Of a DNA stretch of 64,000 bases, positions 24,429-35,629 are shown one piece after another. Within the stretch, counting starts at the first letter, position 1, and each line of letters starts with the position of its first letter. The notes below the pieces were generated by a model, which made no database searches, was not told where the DNA came from, and saw nothing but the letters and a program-made list of their open reading frames with translations. A program made the translations under genes and the position numbers. This DNA comes from Microthyrium microscopicum (Eukaryota): NCBI GenBank assembly GCA_010405405.1, contig MU004246.1, positions 434,001 to 498,000 on the forward strand. Direction: 5' to 3'.

Positions 24429-24923
24429 TCAATGTGTTCTTGGTACAGTGACACAGCTCCAAGATATACAATAATGACAGACCAACAGATTTCAAGCCTC
24501 ATCACAACAGGAAATCACAACGAAGATGATTCCCGGCCGCCGAAAGCCATGGACTATCGCAACAAAGCTTTACCGGCTCTCCCTAAAGTCCCAGATCGCG
24601 CCCCCGAGCCAGCATTCAGATTCAAACATCATTATCAAGAGAGTCAGCACTCGTGTGCATCGAGTTCTCTCGAATCTTTCCTTCTCTCATCATTGAGGTG
24701 TCAGCTTGCCGAAAGTCAGGAAATGCTCGCCTTAGAAAAACGCCGACGAATGGATGCCGAACACGCCATATCAACAAATACAGCTGAATGCAGTAATATC
24801 GAAACCGTGTACAGAGTATGCTGGACTCAACTTGTAGCCGCACAAATGGATAATATACGACTGCGAAGTATCTTGGCGATTCAATTAGAAGTAAGTCGCC
24901 GGTTCAAAGATAAAAATCAGTGA
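24429..24923 (+). CDS. Possible small coiled-coil hypothetical protein
   Basis: ORF with a KALPALP Pro motif and a heptad-like segment (LRCQLAESQEMLALEKRRR); no family recognised and start uncertain. Confidence 0.35.
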   Translation, partial: SMCSWYSDTAPRYTIMTDQQISSLITTGNHNEDDSRPPKAMDYRNKALPALPKVPDRAPEPAFRFKHHYQESQHSCASSSLESFLLSSLRCQLAESQEMLALEKRRRMDAEHAISTNTAECSNIETVYRVCWTQLVAAQMDNIRLRSILAIQLEVSRRFKDKNQ

Positions 24924-25104
24924 AGGCTCACATTTACCAGAGTACAAACAGTTTTCAGGCTGACTCGAATTTTTCATCGTCATTCGAGAATGATCAAAGG
25001 GTGGCATCCACGTACATGCGAGCGATTCTACATACTTTACGAAAAACATGGTCTACATTCACTACTTGTACTCAGCGAAATTGGACTTCTATGAACCATC
25101 TCTA

Positions 25105-25262
25105 ACAATAATGCTATTACTATAGACAATGGGTTGCGATTTACGTGCTTAGGTTAATACTAGACTAATAGAGTTCTCTTAATAGAATATATTTTTAGCG
25201 CTTACTTCATCCGTAATTATAATCTTAGAGTATAATAAGGTATATTTAAAACTTTATAGCAG
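25105..25262. repeat. Short TpA-rich patch, likely a small RIP-affected repeat remnant
   Basis: Local AT/TpA enrichment (tatagac, ttaatactagactaatag, ttataatcttagagtataataagg) relative to its flanks. Confidence 0.45.
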
Positions 25263-25769
25263 AGATTGGTTATCGCTGCGGCCAGTTTAGCGGACGCGAT
25301 GGGATACCTTAACTTCAGGACTGGCCACCTATTTCGAAAAACACCTGTGTACCCAGGCACGCCAGGTACTTGACAGCCTAGAGGTATCGACGTGTCGTAA
25401 TCTCCAGAACTGTCCGCAAAGGAGTAATACCCAACTACCTAGCCGCCCTCTAGATCCTCCCAAGAACCAATGCCCATCCCCAAACCACACCAAGCTCCGA
25501 AAACAACCGCCAACCTCAACAACCTGACCCAACCAGGCAAGTCCTCACCATCCCTACCAACAATCCCTGCGAGCAGGCTAAGCTCAAGGAAGGTGAGTAA
25601 GTCGCCAGGTGACCAAGTAGTAGTGGGGGAAGGAGTATATAAACATCCAACTGCGGGGCTTTGGACCCTTTATCCTTCTCCACAAACAACATCTTGATCC
25701 ACAACTTTCATAACAAACTGCAACTACGAGCTTTCCAACGTACTACAATATCAATCACAAACAGAAATC

Positions 25770-25906
25770 ATGGGTCACACTTCTTGCCCAAAGTGCTCCG
25801 CTGCCATTGGTGATGACAGCAAGACTTGCGGATCTTGCGGAGCTGTACGTGGTAGAGACACGATAAGAAATAACTCGCTAATCAATTGTAGACCTGCCCA
25901 CAGTAG
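25770..25906 (+). CDS. 29-aa Cys-rich zinc-ribbon/metallothionein-like microprotein MGHTSCPKCSAAIGDDSKTCGSCGATCPQ
   Basis: A-rich context before the ATG. Exon 25770-25844, canonical intron 25845..25891 (GTACGT..GCTAAT..TAG), exon 25892-25906. Pattern CxxC-x10-CxxC-x3-C. Confidence 0.8.
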
Positions 25907-26658
25907 ATTCGTTGTTTGAGCTACTCTACTTCATGAACGGAAGATGTTGAAAGGTCGAGGGCGAAAACGGCAATGATATTCACTGAACAACGAAATATGT
26001 AATGACAATAATACATTCATTTCACTACTGGTACTGAGCCGAATACTAAAGACAGATAACTCGTCAGTCCGACGACTGTGATAATCGCGCGCATACTTTG
26101 TAAACAATACATAAGTGTCGCTGATAAGCCCAACACTTGATAAAAGAACGCCAGGCTGCCACAGCCATTCCCAGGGGTAGTTTGCCGATTGCCATAAACG
26201 CCTTGCGAAAGCATATTTTTGTACACCGGTGATTGATACTCTTGACTCATCTTTTATCGTTTAACCCTTTTGACGGTGCTCGTTGCTCCGGTCCTGGTGC
26301 CCAGTCTTCTTCGTCTCTCGCACATTAACCATTTGTATTCTCTTGCGGTCATCTTCGTGTCATTACGCCAGGTAAAATCCTTGGGTTTTTCAGTACCAGG
26401 CCGGAGCGGTGCGGACGGATCCATCGGTAAGTGATAGGTAGTCTTGAAAGGAACTGATTGGACTTTCGGCAGCGCAAAGGGACGCGGTGGATCAGCTGTG
26501 AAAAATGGCTCTGTAACTAATAGATCAGAAACAGGCTGTTGGGCTGGACTCGACTCGGCTTCGATCTGCTTGAGCTTCGGACTTGCGGGATGGTAAGCTG
26601 ATGGCATGCTTAGGGGATCCAGATCGACTATCATCTGTGAGTATGGCCCCAGTGCCAT

Positions 26659-26964
26659 ATCTGATTCCGGGGACACATCTGATTCCAATGTCATATCTGA
26701 TTCCAGTGTCATGTGTTTTTGCAATCCCATGTCCGATTTCAGTGCATTGTTCGAAACCAGCGCGAAGTCCGATTGCATCGCCATGCCAGATTGCGGTGCC
26801 AGGTCTGCTCCCAGTGCCGTAATTGCTTCCGATGCCACATCTGATTCCGGCGCCATGTCTGAGTCCCATTCAATGTCTGAGTCCCATACAATGTCTGAGT
26901 TCCATGCCACGTCTGAGTCCAATGCCACGTCTGAGTCCAATGCCAGGTCTACTTCCAATGCCAG
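26659..26964. repeat. Degenerate 18-bp minisatellite within the minus-strand ORF 26254..26958, encoding (L/W/P)(D/E)SD(V/M/I)x hexapeptides
   Basis: Units gtctgagtccaatgccac-like start at 26857, 26875, 26893, 26911, 26929 and 26947; atctgattcc-type units occur at ~26659-26712 and ~26840. Confidence 0.75.
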
Positions 26965-27060
26965 ATCGTTATTAAGCCGCTCGTCCTACGAGTCCATGCA
27001 TAAGCACAAGTCATCAATCTTCCCTGTCTCCAGCGACTTGTCAAAGCTGAGCTGTGTGTT

Positions 27061-30039
27061 CTACATGCCCATACCATGCTGGCCGCCCTGCATGCCAGGT
27101 TGACCAGGTTGACCCATCTGCGGCTGCATTCCCATAGGCATACCATTCTGCATGCCATTTTGCATGTTCATTTGCTGCTGTAACTGCTGTTGTTGCATGG
27201 GGTTAAGGCCCTGCATGCCCATTCCATTGGGCATACCGTTCTGCATGCCATTCTGCTGCTGTTGCTGTTGTGCTAGCTGCTGTTGCTGTTGCATGGCCAT
27301 CATTCTTTGGCGAGCTTGCACCTGGTTCATTTGGCCACTTAGCTGTTGAGCGTACTGCATGGCAAGAGCATTGTTCGGGTGCATGGCCATATTATTTCCA
27401 GGCAGACCGGCGGTGCTCATCTGCATCCCCTGCTGCTGAGGTTGTTGGGAGACCTGTTGTTGCTGTTGCTGTCGGGCAAGTTGTTGTTGCTGCTGACCTT
27501 GCATAATCGCTTGAGCGCGTTTGATACTCGATACGGTGTTTTGCCACGTGACATTAACTTGGTTCAGAAACCCATTGTACTGCTGGTTCATTATACGCTG
27601 CTCGTTTTCATTGAAACTGCGCTGCTGATTAGGTGGGCAATTCTGAACGCCGCCAAATTGCGAATAGAACGTCGCTTGTCGGTCTTGAGCACCGTTCTTG
27701 GCGTTGTGATCTAGCTCCTTAAACTTGTTGATGAGGTTAATAACCAATTGAGCAAGCTGTGCGTTGTTGTTGGTACGCGCTTGCAGCTGCAATCTGGACA
27801 ATAATTGCGTGCATTGCTGAGCTGCTGACCCTTGTGGATTAGCCATATTGGGTTGCTGGCCTGGCTGCATATTTTGCTGTTGCTGTTGCTGCATGTTTCT
27901 TGCATTTTGTTGAGCTTGCATCTGTTGCAAAATTTGCAATTGTTGTTGTTGTGACATCTGTGCCATTCCTGGAATTTGCTGCTGCATTTGTTGAAGGTTT
28001 TGCAAATTCATTTGCCCATTGACCATCATATTACGTTGAAGCTGACGTTGATAGAGCATGCGCTGTTGATCTGGGGTCAATTGCTGTTGCTGAGGATTCT
28101 GACTGGGCGTCATCATCATAGGCGTGGACTGCATCTGGCCAGGAATTGGGCTGCTTTGCATTCTAGGCTGAGGTGTCATGCGTTGATTTGGACCTACGTT
28201 GACCATGCGAGGAGTATTATGCATTTGTGGCGTTTGGGCAGCACTAGGCGGCATTTGACCAGGTTGCTGGCTCATAGTACGAACCATCCCCATATTAGGA
28301 TGCTGGGCTTGCATTCCAGGACTTCCGGCGCCGGAGTTGGAGAGAGTGGGAATCATGGCAGCACTAGACATAGACATTGCCATGGTTGTGCCATCCATCG
28401 AAGGTGACCCAGCCATCGGGGTGTTGTGACGAACGATCGGCGACATTTGAATAGCAGAAGCTTGGGGCATTTGTTGGTTCATAGGTCCGGTGGATATCGG
28501 TGTCTGTTGCGGAATAGGTGACATGCCATTCATACCATTCATCTGTGCATTTTGATGGGAGCCTTGGGAGTTCTGAGCTTGCTTCATCTCTTGAAGTTTT
28601 GCTTGCTGGGCCGCCGCCTGCTGTTGCCTCATATTTTCCAGGTGTGCTTGTTGTTTTGCCTTGTGCTCCTGCATCATTTTCTGCTTTGACGCCTGGAGCA
28701 GCTGGTGATCTCGTTCCTTCTTCTTTTGTTCCTCCGCAGCCTGCTGGGCTTTGGCCTGTTGTGATTTGATTTCAGCCTCTTTGAGTTCCTTTTCATGTTT
28801 CGCTGATTCCGCTTTGGCCCTAATTTGTTCAAGAGTCTTGAAACGTTTGAAGGTAAACTCTGAATTGGCTTGGCCATCGGTATTAGCATTGGCTTGCCCA
28901 GAAGTACTGGTGATGATGGCCATTTGCCGATCGTCGTAATTGAGCAGAAACTTTTCTTCCTGCGCGGCTTCCGCTTCCTCGGCAGCGACCTCTGCAATAG
29001 TTCTCTTACGAGTCTTGGGCTTCGCTCGAGGAGCATCGTGATTAGGAGACCGTAACTTGTCCATGATAGCTTGCGAATGTGCAAAGTCCTTGGCTGGTTC
29101 GAGATGGAGAACTGGGTTTTGAGCCAACAAGACCTGTGCTTCAAAGTCTTTGACGCTTGATTCATCTAGAAGCATACGGGGCTTTTTATTCGGGTTTGGC
29201 CGATGTGAGTTAATGGGAGTGGATGGGACGGATGCTAAAGGTGTTGGTGGATGTGGCAATCCAGAATCTGAGCCAATGCGCTTATGCATTGCGGCATCGT
29301 CATAGGGAGTCGTAGCTAATATTCGGATTTCGGCCTGAAGAGTCAACGGGGTATCGAATAGGACCGTGAGGTAGACTGTAGGTCCTTTAGTCTGAGATTT
29401 TGACGCGGAGGCTGGCTGGTTTGGTGCTGGCATGCTTTCCTTGACGGCCTCTACCGCACCACTAGCTCCATTGGTTTTGTTCTTGTCATCTCGGGCGAGT
29501 TTTGCCATGAGTTCAGACGACTTCAAGTAAGCAGACGGCGTGATATGCTCGTTCCAGTTGTGTATCGAGAATGGATGAGTGGAGGTCGCTCCAACCTGAT
29601 TGGTAGAGGCATTGGGAGCGGAATTTGAGGAGTTTCTGTGGTTGTGGATTTGAACAATAAGACAGCCGTCATAGAACGGTGTATCGGAGCCAAAGAACTC
29701 TTCGACAAGATCATGAGGAATAGTCTTTTCCTTGAAATGCTTCAAGAAAGACTTGCCAGCCGCCGAAGAATATGGGAAGTTGCCATCTTGTTGATCGAAT
29801 CGGAAATAGGTTGAATGCATATGAATAATCAAAGAAGGTGGGTATCCTCGGAACTTCTTCAAGATGTGTTCAGCGGTGCGAACCAGCGGTGCAGGCTCCT
29901 GAGATCTTGGGGGAAATTCGGCCTCAACAGTCTTCGCCCGGGTCACTATGCCCAGACCGGCTCTGTTGGCGGCATCCCGACGTTGACGGAGCGCTCCAAT
30001 AGAGGCCTGACGAACGGGCGCAACAATACCACCAGACAT
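27061..30039 (-). CDS. SPT20: SAGA complex subunit Spt20
   Basis: Spt20 domain motifs PPSLIIHMHSTYFRFDQQDGNFPY and FYDGCLIVQIHNHR, followed by a long Q/M/P-rich C-terminus; single 992-aa ORF. Confidence 0.9.
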   Translation of the reverse strand: MSGGIVAPVRQASIGALRQRRDAANRAGLGIVTRAKTVEAEFPPRSQEPAPLVRTAEHILKKFRGYPPSLIIHMHSTYFRFDQQDGNFPYSSAAGKSFLKHFKEKTIPHDLVEEFFGSDTPFYDGCLIVQIHNHRNSSNSAPNASTNQVGATSTHPFSIHNWNEHITPSAYLKSSELMAKLARDDKNKTNGASGAVEAVKESMPAPNQPASASKSQTKGPTVYLTVLFDTPLTLQAEIRILATTPYDDAAMHKRIGSDSGLPHPPTPLASVPSTPINSHRPNPNKKPRMLLDESSVKDFEAQVLLAQNPVLHLEPAKDFAHSQAIMDKLRSPNHDAPRAKPKTRKRTIAEVAAEEAEAAQEEKFLLNYDDRQMAIITSTSGQANANTDGQANSEFTFKRFKTLEQIRAKAESAKHEKELKEAEIKSQQAKAQQAAEEQKKKERDHQLLQASKQKMMQEHKAKQQAHLENMRQQQAAAQQAKLQEMKQAQNSQGSHQNAQMNGMNGMSPIPQQTPISTGPMNQQMPQASAIQMSPIVRHNTPMAGSPSMDGTTMAMSMSSAAMIPTLSNSGAGSPGMQAQHPNMGMVRTMSQQPGQMPPSAAQTPQMHNTPRMVNVGPNQRMTPQPRMQSSPIPGQMQSTPMMMTPSQNPQQQQLTPDQQRMLYQRQLQRNMMVNGQMNLQNLQQMQQQIPGMAQMSQQQQLQILQQMQAQQNARNMQQQQQQNMQPGQQPNMANPQGSAAQQCTQLLSRLQLQARTNNNAQLAQLVINLINKFKELDHNAKNGAQDRQATFYSQFGGVQNCPPNQQRSFNENEQRIMNQQYNGFLNQVNVTWQNTVSSIKRAQAIMQGQQQQQLARQQQQQQVSQQPQQQGMQMSTAGLPGNNMAMHPNNALAMQYAQQLSGQMNQVQARQRMMAMQQQQQLAQQQQQQNGMQNGMPNGMGMQGLNPMQQQQLQQQMNMQNGMQNGMPMGMQPQMGQPGQPGMQGGQHGMGM

Positions 30040-30623
30040 GGTGAAAGCAGGCGCTTCTTGTAAAGTGAATGATGGGGCAATAGCGATGTAACGAAGAGTG
30101 TTGGCGCTTCAGCGCAAGAAGCGCAATGTTGGATGGGAGTGGGGCTACCGCAGTGGTGTAGTCATGTCGCACGTGGAAGCAAACAAAGGGCGAAGTTGTA
30201 GTGCGATGGGAGCGATGGGCGATACGTAGATGTCGTATCCAAGAGTGTAGAGCGATCGGGAGTTGTCTGTTGATGAAGAAGAGAAATAAGGATGAATTTG
30301 ATGTCGCGATGTCTGGGGTAGACGGTAGAGAATAGAGATGAAGATGGACTTGGAGATGACAGAGGAGACAGGGTTGAGTGTGTGAGGTGGAGCGATCGAA
30401 CCATGGTTGAGCACATATTGTCTAAATGGGACTAGTGCGTACTACTAAGCGTCGTTTTGTGGTATTACTCTGGGTTAGGGTACCAAGCTCTTGGAAGCTC
30501 AAACTCCATCATCCGTACCAAGATTGACAATTTAAAGTTGATATCTCACCCCAATCCCGCAATTATCTTCCCTCGTGGTCTTCGGCGCCAATTCGTGGCC
30601 AGCACCACTCCCAGCCAGCTTCA

Positions 30624-32265
30624 ATGGCTGAGCCTCTTGAGAACGACGTATGTTTAATGTCATTTCGACCTGCTCTCAATCAAGACTAACTTGTACAGCT
30701 GTTCGACCAATTGCGCCAAAAGTCTACACAGGATGAACTCAATAAAAGGACCAAGGAGATTCAGACTAGACTGATGTCCCATTATGAAAAACAGGAGCGT
30801 CGAATTGGATCCACGGTACGTACATCATCCTGGCTGAGAGACACCATTTAATTTCAAAAAGCTCGACAACAACTCCACTATCCCAGTCACAATCTCCGAA
30901 GTTCGAGTCCTTTCAGCACCAAAAACACGCAGAGGTTTCCTAGACAGAATAGTTTCTCCCATAATAAGCAAAGATAATGCCGAACCATACACACTCGTCG
31001 AGGCAAGAAAAGCCATCGACAAAGTCGCAGCGAGGCTCTCTAAGCTCGGCATATACCAACATCCAATATCAGTCTACATCGATAAACCAGATCCTACCGA
31101 AGCATCTTCTACTCCTACCGACCTTAAAGTATATTTCAACGCCAAAGAAGGCAGCTGGTACACTATAAAAACGGGCACTGAAGCTGGCACGGCCGAAGGC
31201 TCGATATACGGCAACGCACAGTTCCGTAATCTCTTTGGCGGAGCTGAAGCTCTCAATATACACGCTTCAAAGGGTACTCGCACACGCTCTGTCATCTCGG
31301 CTGCTTTCGATACACCCATACTAAGTAACCCCGACTTACGCTGGGAGATAAGTGGCCTCACCAGTAGCACCCTAAAACCATGGGCATCGCACGAAGAAGT
31401 GCTCAAGGGCGGCAGCACAAAATTCAAGTACGAAACTCAACGCGGCCACCTACATGAAATCGGCTACTCGGGCATGTGGCGCCAGCTCACCAGTCTCGCA
31501 TCCAATGCGTCACCCGGTATCCGACTGGAAGCTGGCGATAGCTTCAAGTCATCTCTTTCACACACCTGGATCGCTGATCACCGGGACAATCGGCTCCTAC
31601 CATCACGCGGCTTTCTATTAAAAACGGTGTCTGAACTCGCTGGTGTAGGCCCACTCAAGGGCGACGTAGGCTTTGGCAAGCTCGAAGCCGAGTCGCAACT
31701 TGCTGTGCCAATCCCCATCCCCGGCATAAAAGGCGACAGCGGTGTCGCAATCAACGCTGGCTTCCGTGCCGGTCTTCTTTACCCACTAACTGTCGGTGGC
31801 TCATCCGGACCTGTCGCCTCACGATTCAGCGACCGTTTCCAACTCGGTGGGCCAACTGATGTGCGCGGCTTCAAGATGGCTGGCTTAGGACCACACGACG
31901 GACCCGATGCGCTAGGTGGTGACATGTACGCAGCCGGCGGGGTGTCATTACTCGTACCACTTCCACGTACTGGAAAAGAGAGCCCACTGCGACTACAAGC
32001 ATTTCTAAATGCTGGGCGATTAGTCGCACTCAAGGGTAAGCCTAAGGACGGCGCGGCGATGGACAGCGAGAGTGTGAAGCAGAGCGTCAAGAAAACCCTT
32101 GAGGAGTTGAAGAAAGATCATCCTAGCGCTGCGGCAGGCGTTGGACTAGTGTATGCCCATCCATTGGCGCGGTTCGAGTTGAATGTCTCGATGCCGCTGG
32201 CAATCCGCAAAGACGAGCTGGCGAGAAAGGGGCTGCAATTCGGAATAGGGATTACGTTCATGTAA
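30624..32265 (+). CDS. SAM50: Mitochondrial outer-membrane beta-barrel assembly protein Sam50/Tob55 (Omp85 family)
   Basis: RNLFGGAE, DRFQLGGPTDVRGF, ARFELN and C-terminal GLQFGIGITFM. Introns 30648..30698 and 30816..30861. Confidence 0.95.
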
Positions 32266-32552
32266 AGTATAATGGTATATGGACCATTGGTGGATATGTA
32301 TGTATATATCGCAGTATAGAAGAATACCCGGCTTTTCTTACGCTAACTCATTGTCCAATCTATTACTGATCTGGACAGACAAAGAACTTGGAAGGCTGGG
32401 AGGAATGTAAGGCATGTTTCTTTGTTCTCTGCTGGTCATAATGTCACCAATTTGACAGAACGTGTACCGGATTACAACTACTATTCAGATCAAGCTTTCA
32501 AACGTACTATTCAACACCTATCAAACCCCATCATCAAATCCAGCCTTTGAAA

Positions 32553-34091
32553 ATGTCTTCAACCAACCGTCCCCCATCAGAAGAAGGCGAACTCCCACCT
32601 GATTCACCACCAGCAGAACCATCCCCACCCGAAGACCCAACAACGACGTCGTCAGACCTCACCAGTCCCCCATTAGAGCCGCAACCTCATCCTCCCCTAC
32701 CAACCATCCAATCCCTTTCCCAAACCCTCTCGTTACCACGACCCGCCCAACCGCCAACACCTCAGCCCGTTCACCATCTTCCTCAGCAAGCACAGCACAT
32801 CTACGCCAACACCCACGTATCCCACAACGCCACCGCCTTCCGCCTAAACTCCAAAACCCTCGACGGCCCCCTCGAACGCTCATCCACCTCCGCCCACCAC
32901 CGCTCCCTCTCAGCCGCCATAACCACCGCCTGTCTCTTCATAATCGAGCCCCAAACACTAGAGAGCGAACTAAAGCTCATGAGCAGAACATGGGCGCTTC
33001 CAAGAGAGACAGTACAAACTAGCTTCGAATATATATGCCGTGCATGCCAAACACCATATTGGCGGCTCGAGGAACGGGAATACACATCGGCCGGCACGCG
33101 GCTGACAACGCTGGTGGTGCCGGTTCAAATGCAGTGTTGTAGTAGTGTGCAGTGCTGGGGATGTTCGTTAGGTGCTTTGGTATTTGATGGGCGCTGTGGT
33201 GCGTGTCGACGTGTTTGGGCTGCGGAGGTACTACCGCTGGGGAGCTCAGAGCGGGAACGGCAGGGTGGTGGGATTGCGAGGAGGGAGGCGGGTTTGGTTT
33301 TGGAGAGTGGGTTTGTTGATTTGTGGTTGGGGTATTTAAGTAGTGTTAGGCGGTATGTTGCTGTGGTTAATAAGGCGATTCGGAAGGAGGGGGGTCATGT
33401 GGCTGATGGTGTTGTTGGGTTTGTTAGGAGGTTGAGGGGGTTTCTGTGGGCGATGGTGGGGAGTTTGAAGAGGTTGGATAATGTGTTACGGGCAAGAGAG
33501 GTGCTTGGTGAGAGTGGGTTTTGGAATGCGGTGGATGTGGTTTATGGGTTGTGTGCAAGACTGGGGCTCGTGAAGCGGTTTATGGTGTATGATGAGCAGG
33601 CGGTTGCGGAGGTTTGGTTGGGAGTATGGGAGCAGCATTCTGAGGCGCTGTGGGATGGGCCGATGACGATTCTTAGAGGGAGTACAGGGAGGAATGAGGA
33701 GTTGTTGAATGGTTGTGTTGGGAGAGCGCTGAAGGGAGATGTGAGGCTTACTGGGAAACAACTTGAGTTGAGGGAAGGCTATGATGCTGAGATGGCGACG
33801 TTATATGGCCAGCTTTGGCAGCATGAGACTCAGGGGCTTCCGGGTATGATCAATATGGACATGAGGCCTTCGCAAATCGCGCTGAAGATGTTGGAGGTGT
33901 TTCCGTGGTGTATGGAAACAGTGAGACCAGCAACAGAGACTGAAGTTCCAGATATTGACGAATTGGTTGTCCTGGCTGATAGATTGACTATGTGGCTAGT
34001 CGAGGCTGCAGTCTCCATGTTGTATGAAGGCAAGAAGCCGTTCACTGATGAGTTTGAACGGATGGAACCTGGATATAAGCAGAGTCAGTAA
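32553..34091 (+). CDS. Hypothetical protein with a Pro-rich N-terminus and a RING-like Cys cluster
   Basis: CRAC...PVQMQCCSSVQCWGC...RCGACR has RING-finger-like spacing; single long ORF. Confidence 0.6.
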   Translation: MSSTNRPPSEEGELPPDSPPAEPSPPEDPTTTSSDLTSPPLEPQPHPPLPTIQSLSQTLSLPRPAQPPTPQPVHHLPQQAQHIYANTHVSHNATAFRLNSKTLDGPLERSSTSAHHRSLSAAITTACLFIIEPQTLESELKLMSRTWALPRETVQTSFEYICRACQTPYWRLEEREYTSAGTRLTTLVVPVQMQCCSSVQCWGCSLGALVFDGRCGACRRVWAAEVLPLGSSERERQGGGIARREAGLVLESGFVDLWLGYLSSVRRYVAVVNKAIRKEGGHVADGVVGFVRRLRGFLWAMVGSLKRLDNVLRAREVLGESGFWNAVDVVYGLCARLGLVKRFMVYDEQAVAEVWLGVWEQHSEALWDGPMTILRGSTGRNEELLNGCVGRALKGDVRLTGKQLELREGYDAEMATLYGQLWQHETQGLPGMINMDMRPSQIALKMLEVFPWCMETVRPATETEVPDIDELVVLADRLTMWLVEAAVSMLYEGKKPFTDEFERMEPGYKQSQ

Positions 34092-34391
34092 TTTCTTGTA
34101 GTGCATATACGAACAAATGTCAAGTCATTGATATGATGCAATTTCGATCTTGTTCGAGCCTAGAAAGTGCATATGACATAGTATTCCTGGTCCGGAAACT
34201 TGTATTAATGTATTCATTGAAAGTGCAAATGCGCTAGCCGTCCGTGTGGTATCATGCCATAACCAAAATCCAGCCTGGACTCAACGCCGTGAATCTTGAA
34301 TGCGCCGACAATAGTTGTACCACCAAAAATCGAGTTCGTCATCTTCTTCGCCATCACTGAGCAGCTCAGAGCGTCGAAAATATTTGTCCCA

Positions 34392-35629
34392 CTAATCCTC
34401 AACCTCGCCATCTTCGCTGCCAGCACTGACCTGCTCTTTACGAGCATGGCCATTTGTGTCGTTGTGCTTCGCCTCTTCTGGTTCTTCCGTCTTGGCTCTC
34501 TTTGGAGCACGACTAACCATCGTACTAGTAGCCGCAGCAGGTACCCGCGAGCTCTTAGCAGGCTCTCCTTTCCGAGTATCGTCCTCGTCATCTCTTGGTC
34601 GCTTCTTGGGAGACATACTGGGTGATTTCCCAGTGGTGGCGATTGGGTCTGGAGTTGACGGCTGCTGCTTTCCCCTTAGCCGTGTTTTTTCAGAGCGTTC
34701 ATCACCATCAAGTGGAGTTAGGCCGCCTACATAAATGTTCTGCTCAGCATTTTTGAGAGGCGACTTTTCGTAGAACGCAACTGTGTGGTTGTAGGCCTTT
34801 CGCAAGTCCAGACCTGTTACTCCATAGCTCGCCCACCAAGGTCTGCCTTTTTCGTCGTCCTTGAAAGCAACATTTGTCCGCTTGGCCCCGAAGTAGAGCG
34901 CAGCGCAGGCAATGGTTTTTGTAGAATGGAGCAGACATAGCTGGGTCATGCCACTGTCATTGAGATATGCCCAAGCCGCCTCTCGTAACTCCTTATTGTG
35001 TACGACACCGTGGTTTTTGATCATTTCGTAGAGAACCTTGTAAGGAGACTCGATAGTCAAATCAAAGCAAAGGAGCTCTAGCATGACATCCTCGTTGATA
35101 ACGATAGTGTCTTTCCATCTCCAATAATCCTTGGTTTGTTCATCGACAATGAGTACGGGGTTTTTTTGCGCCACTCGGCAGCAGGCAATTACTATTTCTT
35201 TGAGTTTACGCGAGTGTTCTTCGACTTTCGTAGCGAGGAAGAGCGCAACGCCAGCGATTTGCTGTAAATGTTAGCAATGCTTTCAGCGTGGCGAGGAATA
35301 CTGACATAGTGATGGAGCGGTTTAGGAGTGCCATCTTTTAGGGGTACCAAGTTATATCTCATGAGAAACCGGTTGAAGAAGACGGAAGCCGTGTATATTG
35401 TGGTTTGTGGAAGCTTCAGCATGACGCCGACTTGTGTTATGAAGTTTACGCCTTTTGAGCGGATGGTCTTCTCGTCTTCTGCGGGCATGCCGTTGCATAT
35501 TGATGGAGCTCGTTCTAGCTCGGACTCGAGGTAAAGCCATTGTTTTTCTGATTCAGCGAGAACAGCATCGGGGTCTTTGGAGGAGGCTTCATCGCGATGG
35601 GTCGCGCGTGATGTTGCGGGAACTGGCAT
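34392..35629 (-). CDS. Transcriptional cyclin (cyclin K/T, Pch1/Ctk2-like)
   Basis: KGVNFITQVGVMLKLPQTT, ASVFFNRFLMR, LFLATKVEE (after intron 35305..35262), LLCFDLTIESPY and AAWAYLNDS. Confidence 0.92.

Noticed and set aside
26857..26964. Regular repeats as a possible CRISPR-like array
   Set aside because: Head-to-tail 18-bp units with no unique spacers, eukaryotic context and no cas genes.
26984..27080. SPT20 spliced in frame to the downstream repeat ORF
   Set aside because: Candidate donors at the SPT20 end are phase 1 or 2 while the acceptor needs phase 0.
27152..28939. Plus-strand ORFs rich in Cys/Leu (e.g. CCCCC tracts)
   Set aside because: Antisense shadows of the CAG/CAA poly-Gln coding sequence of SPT20.
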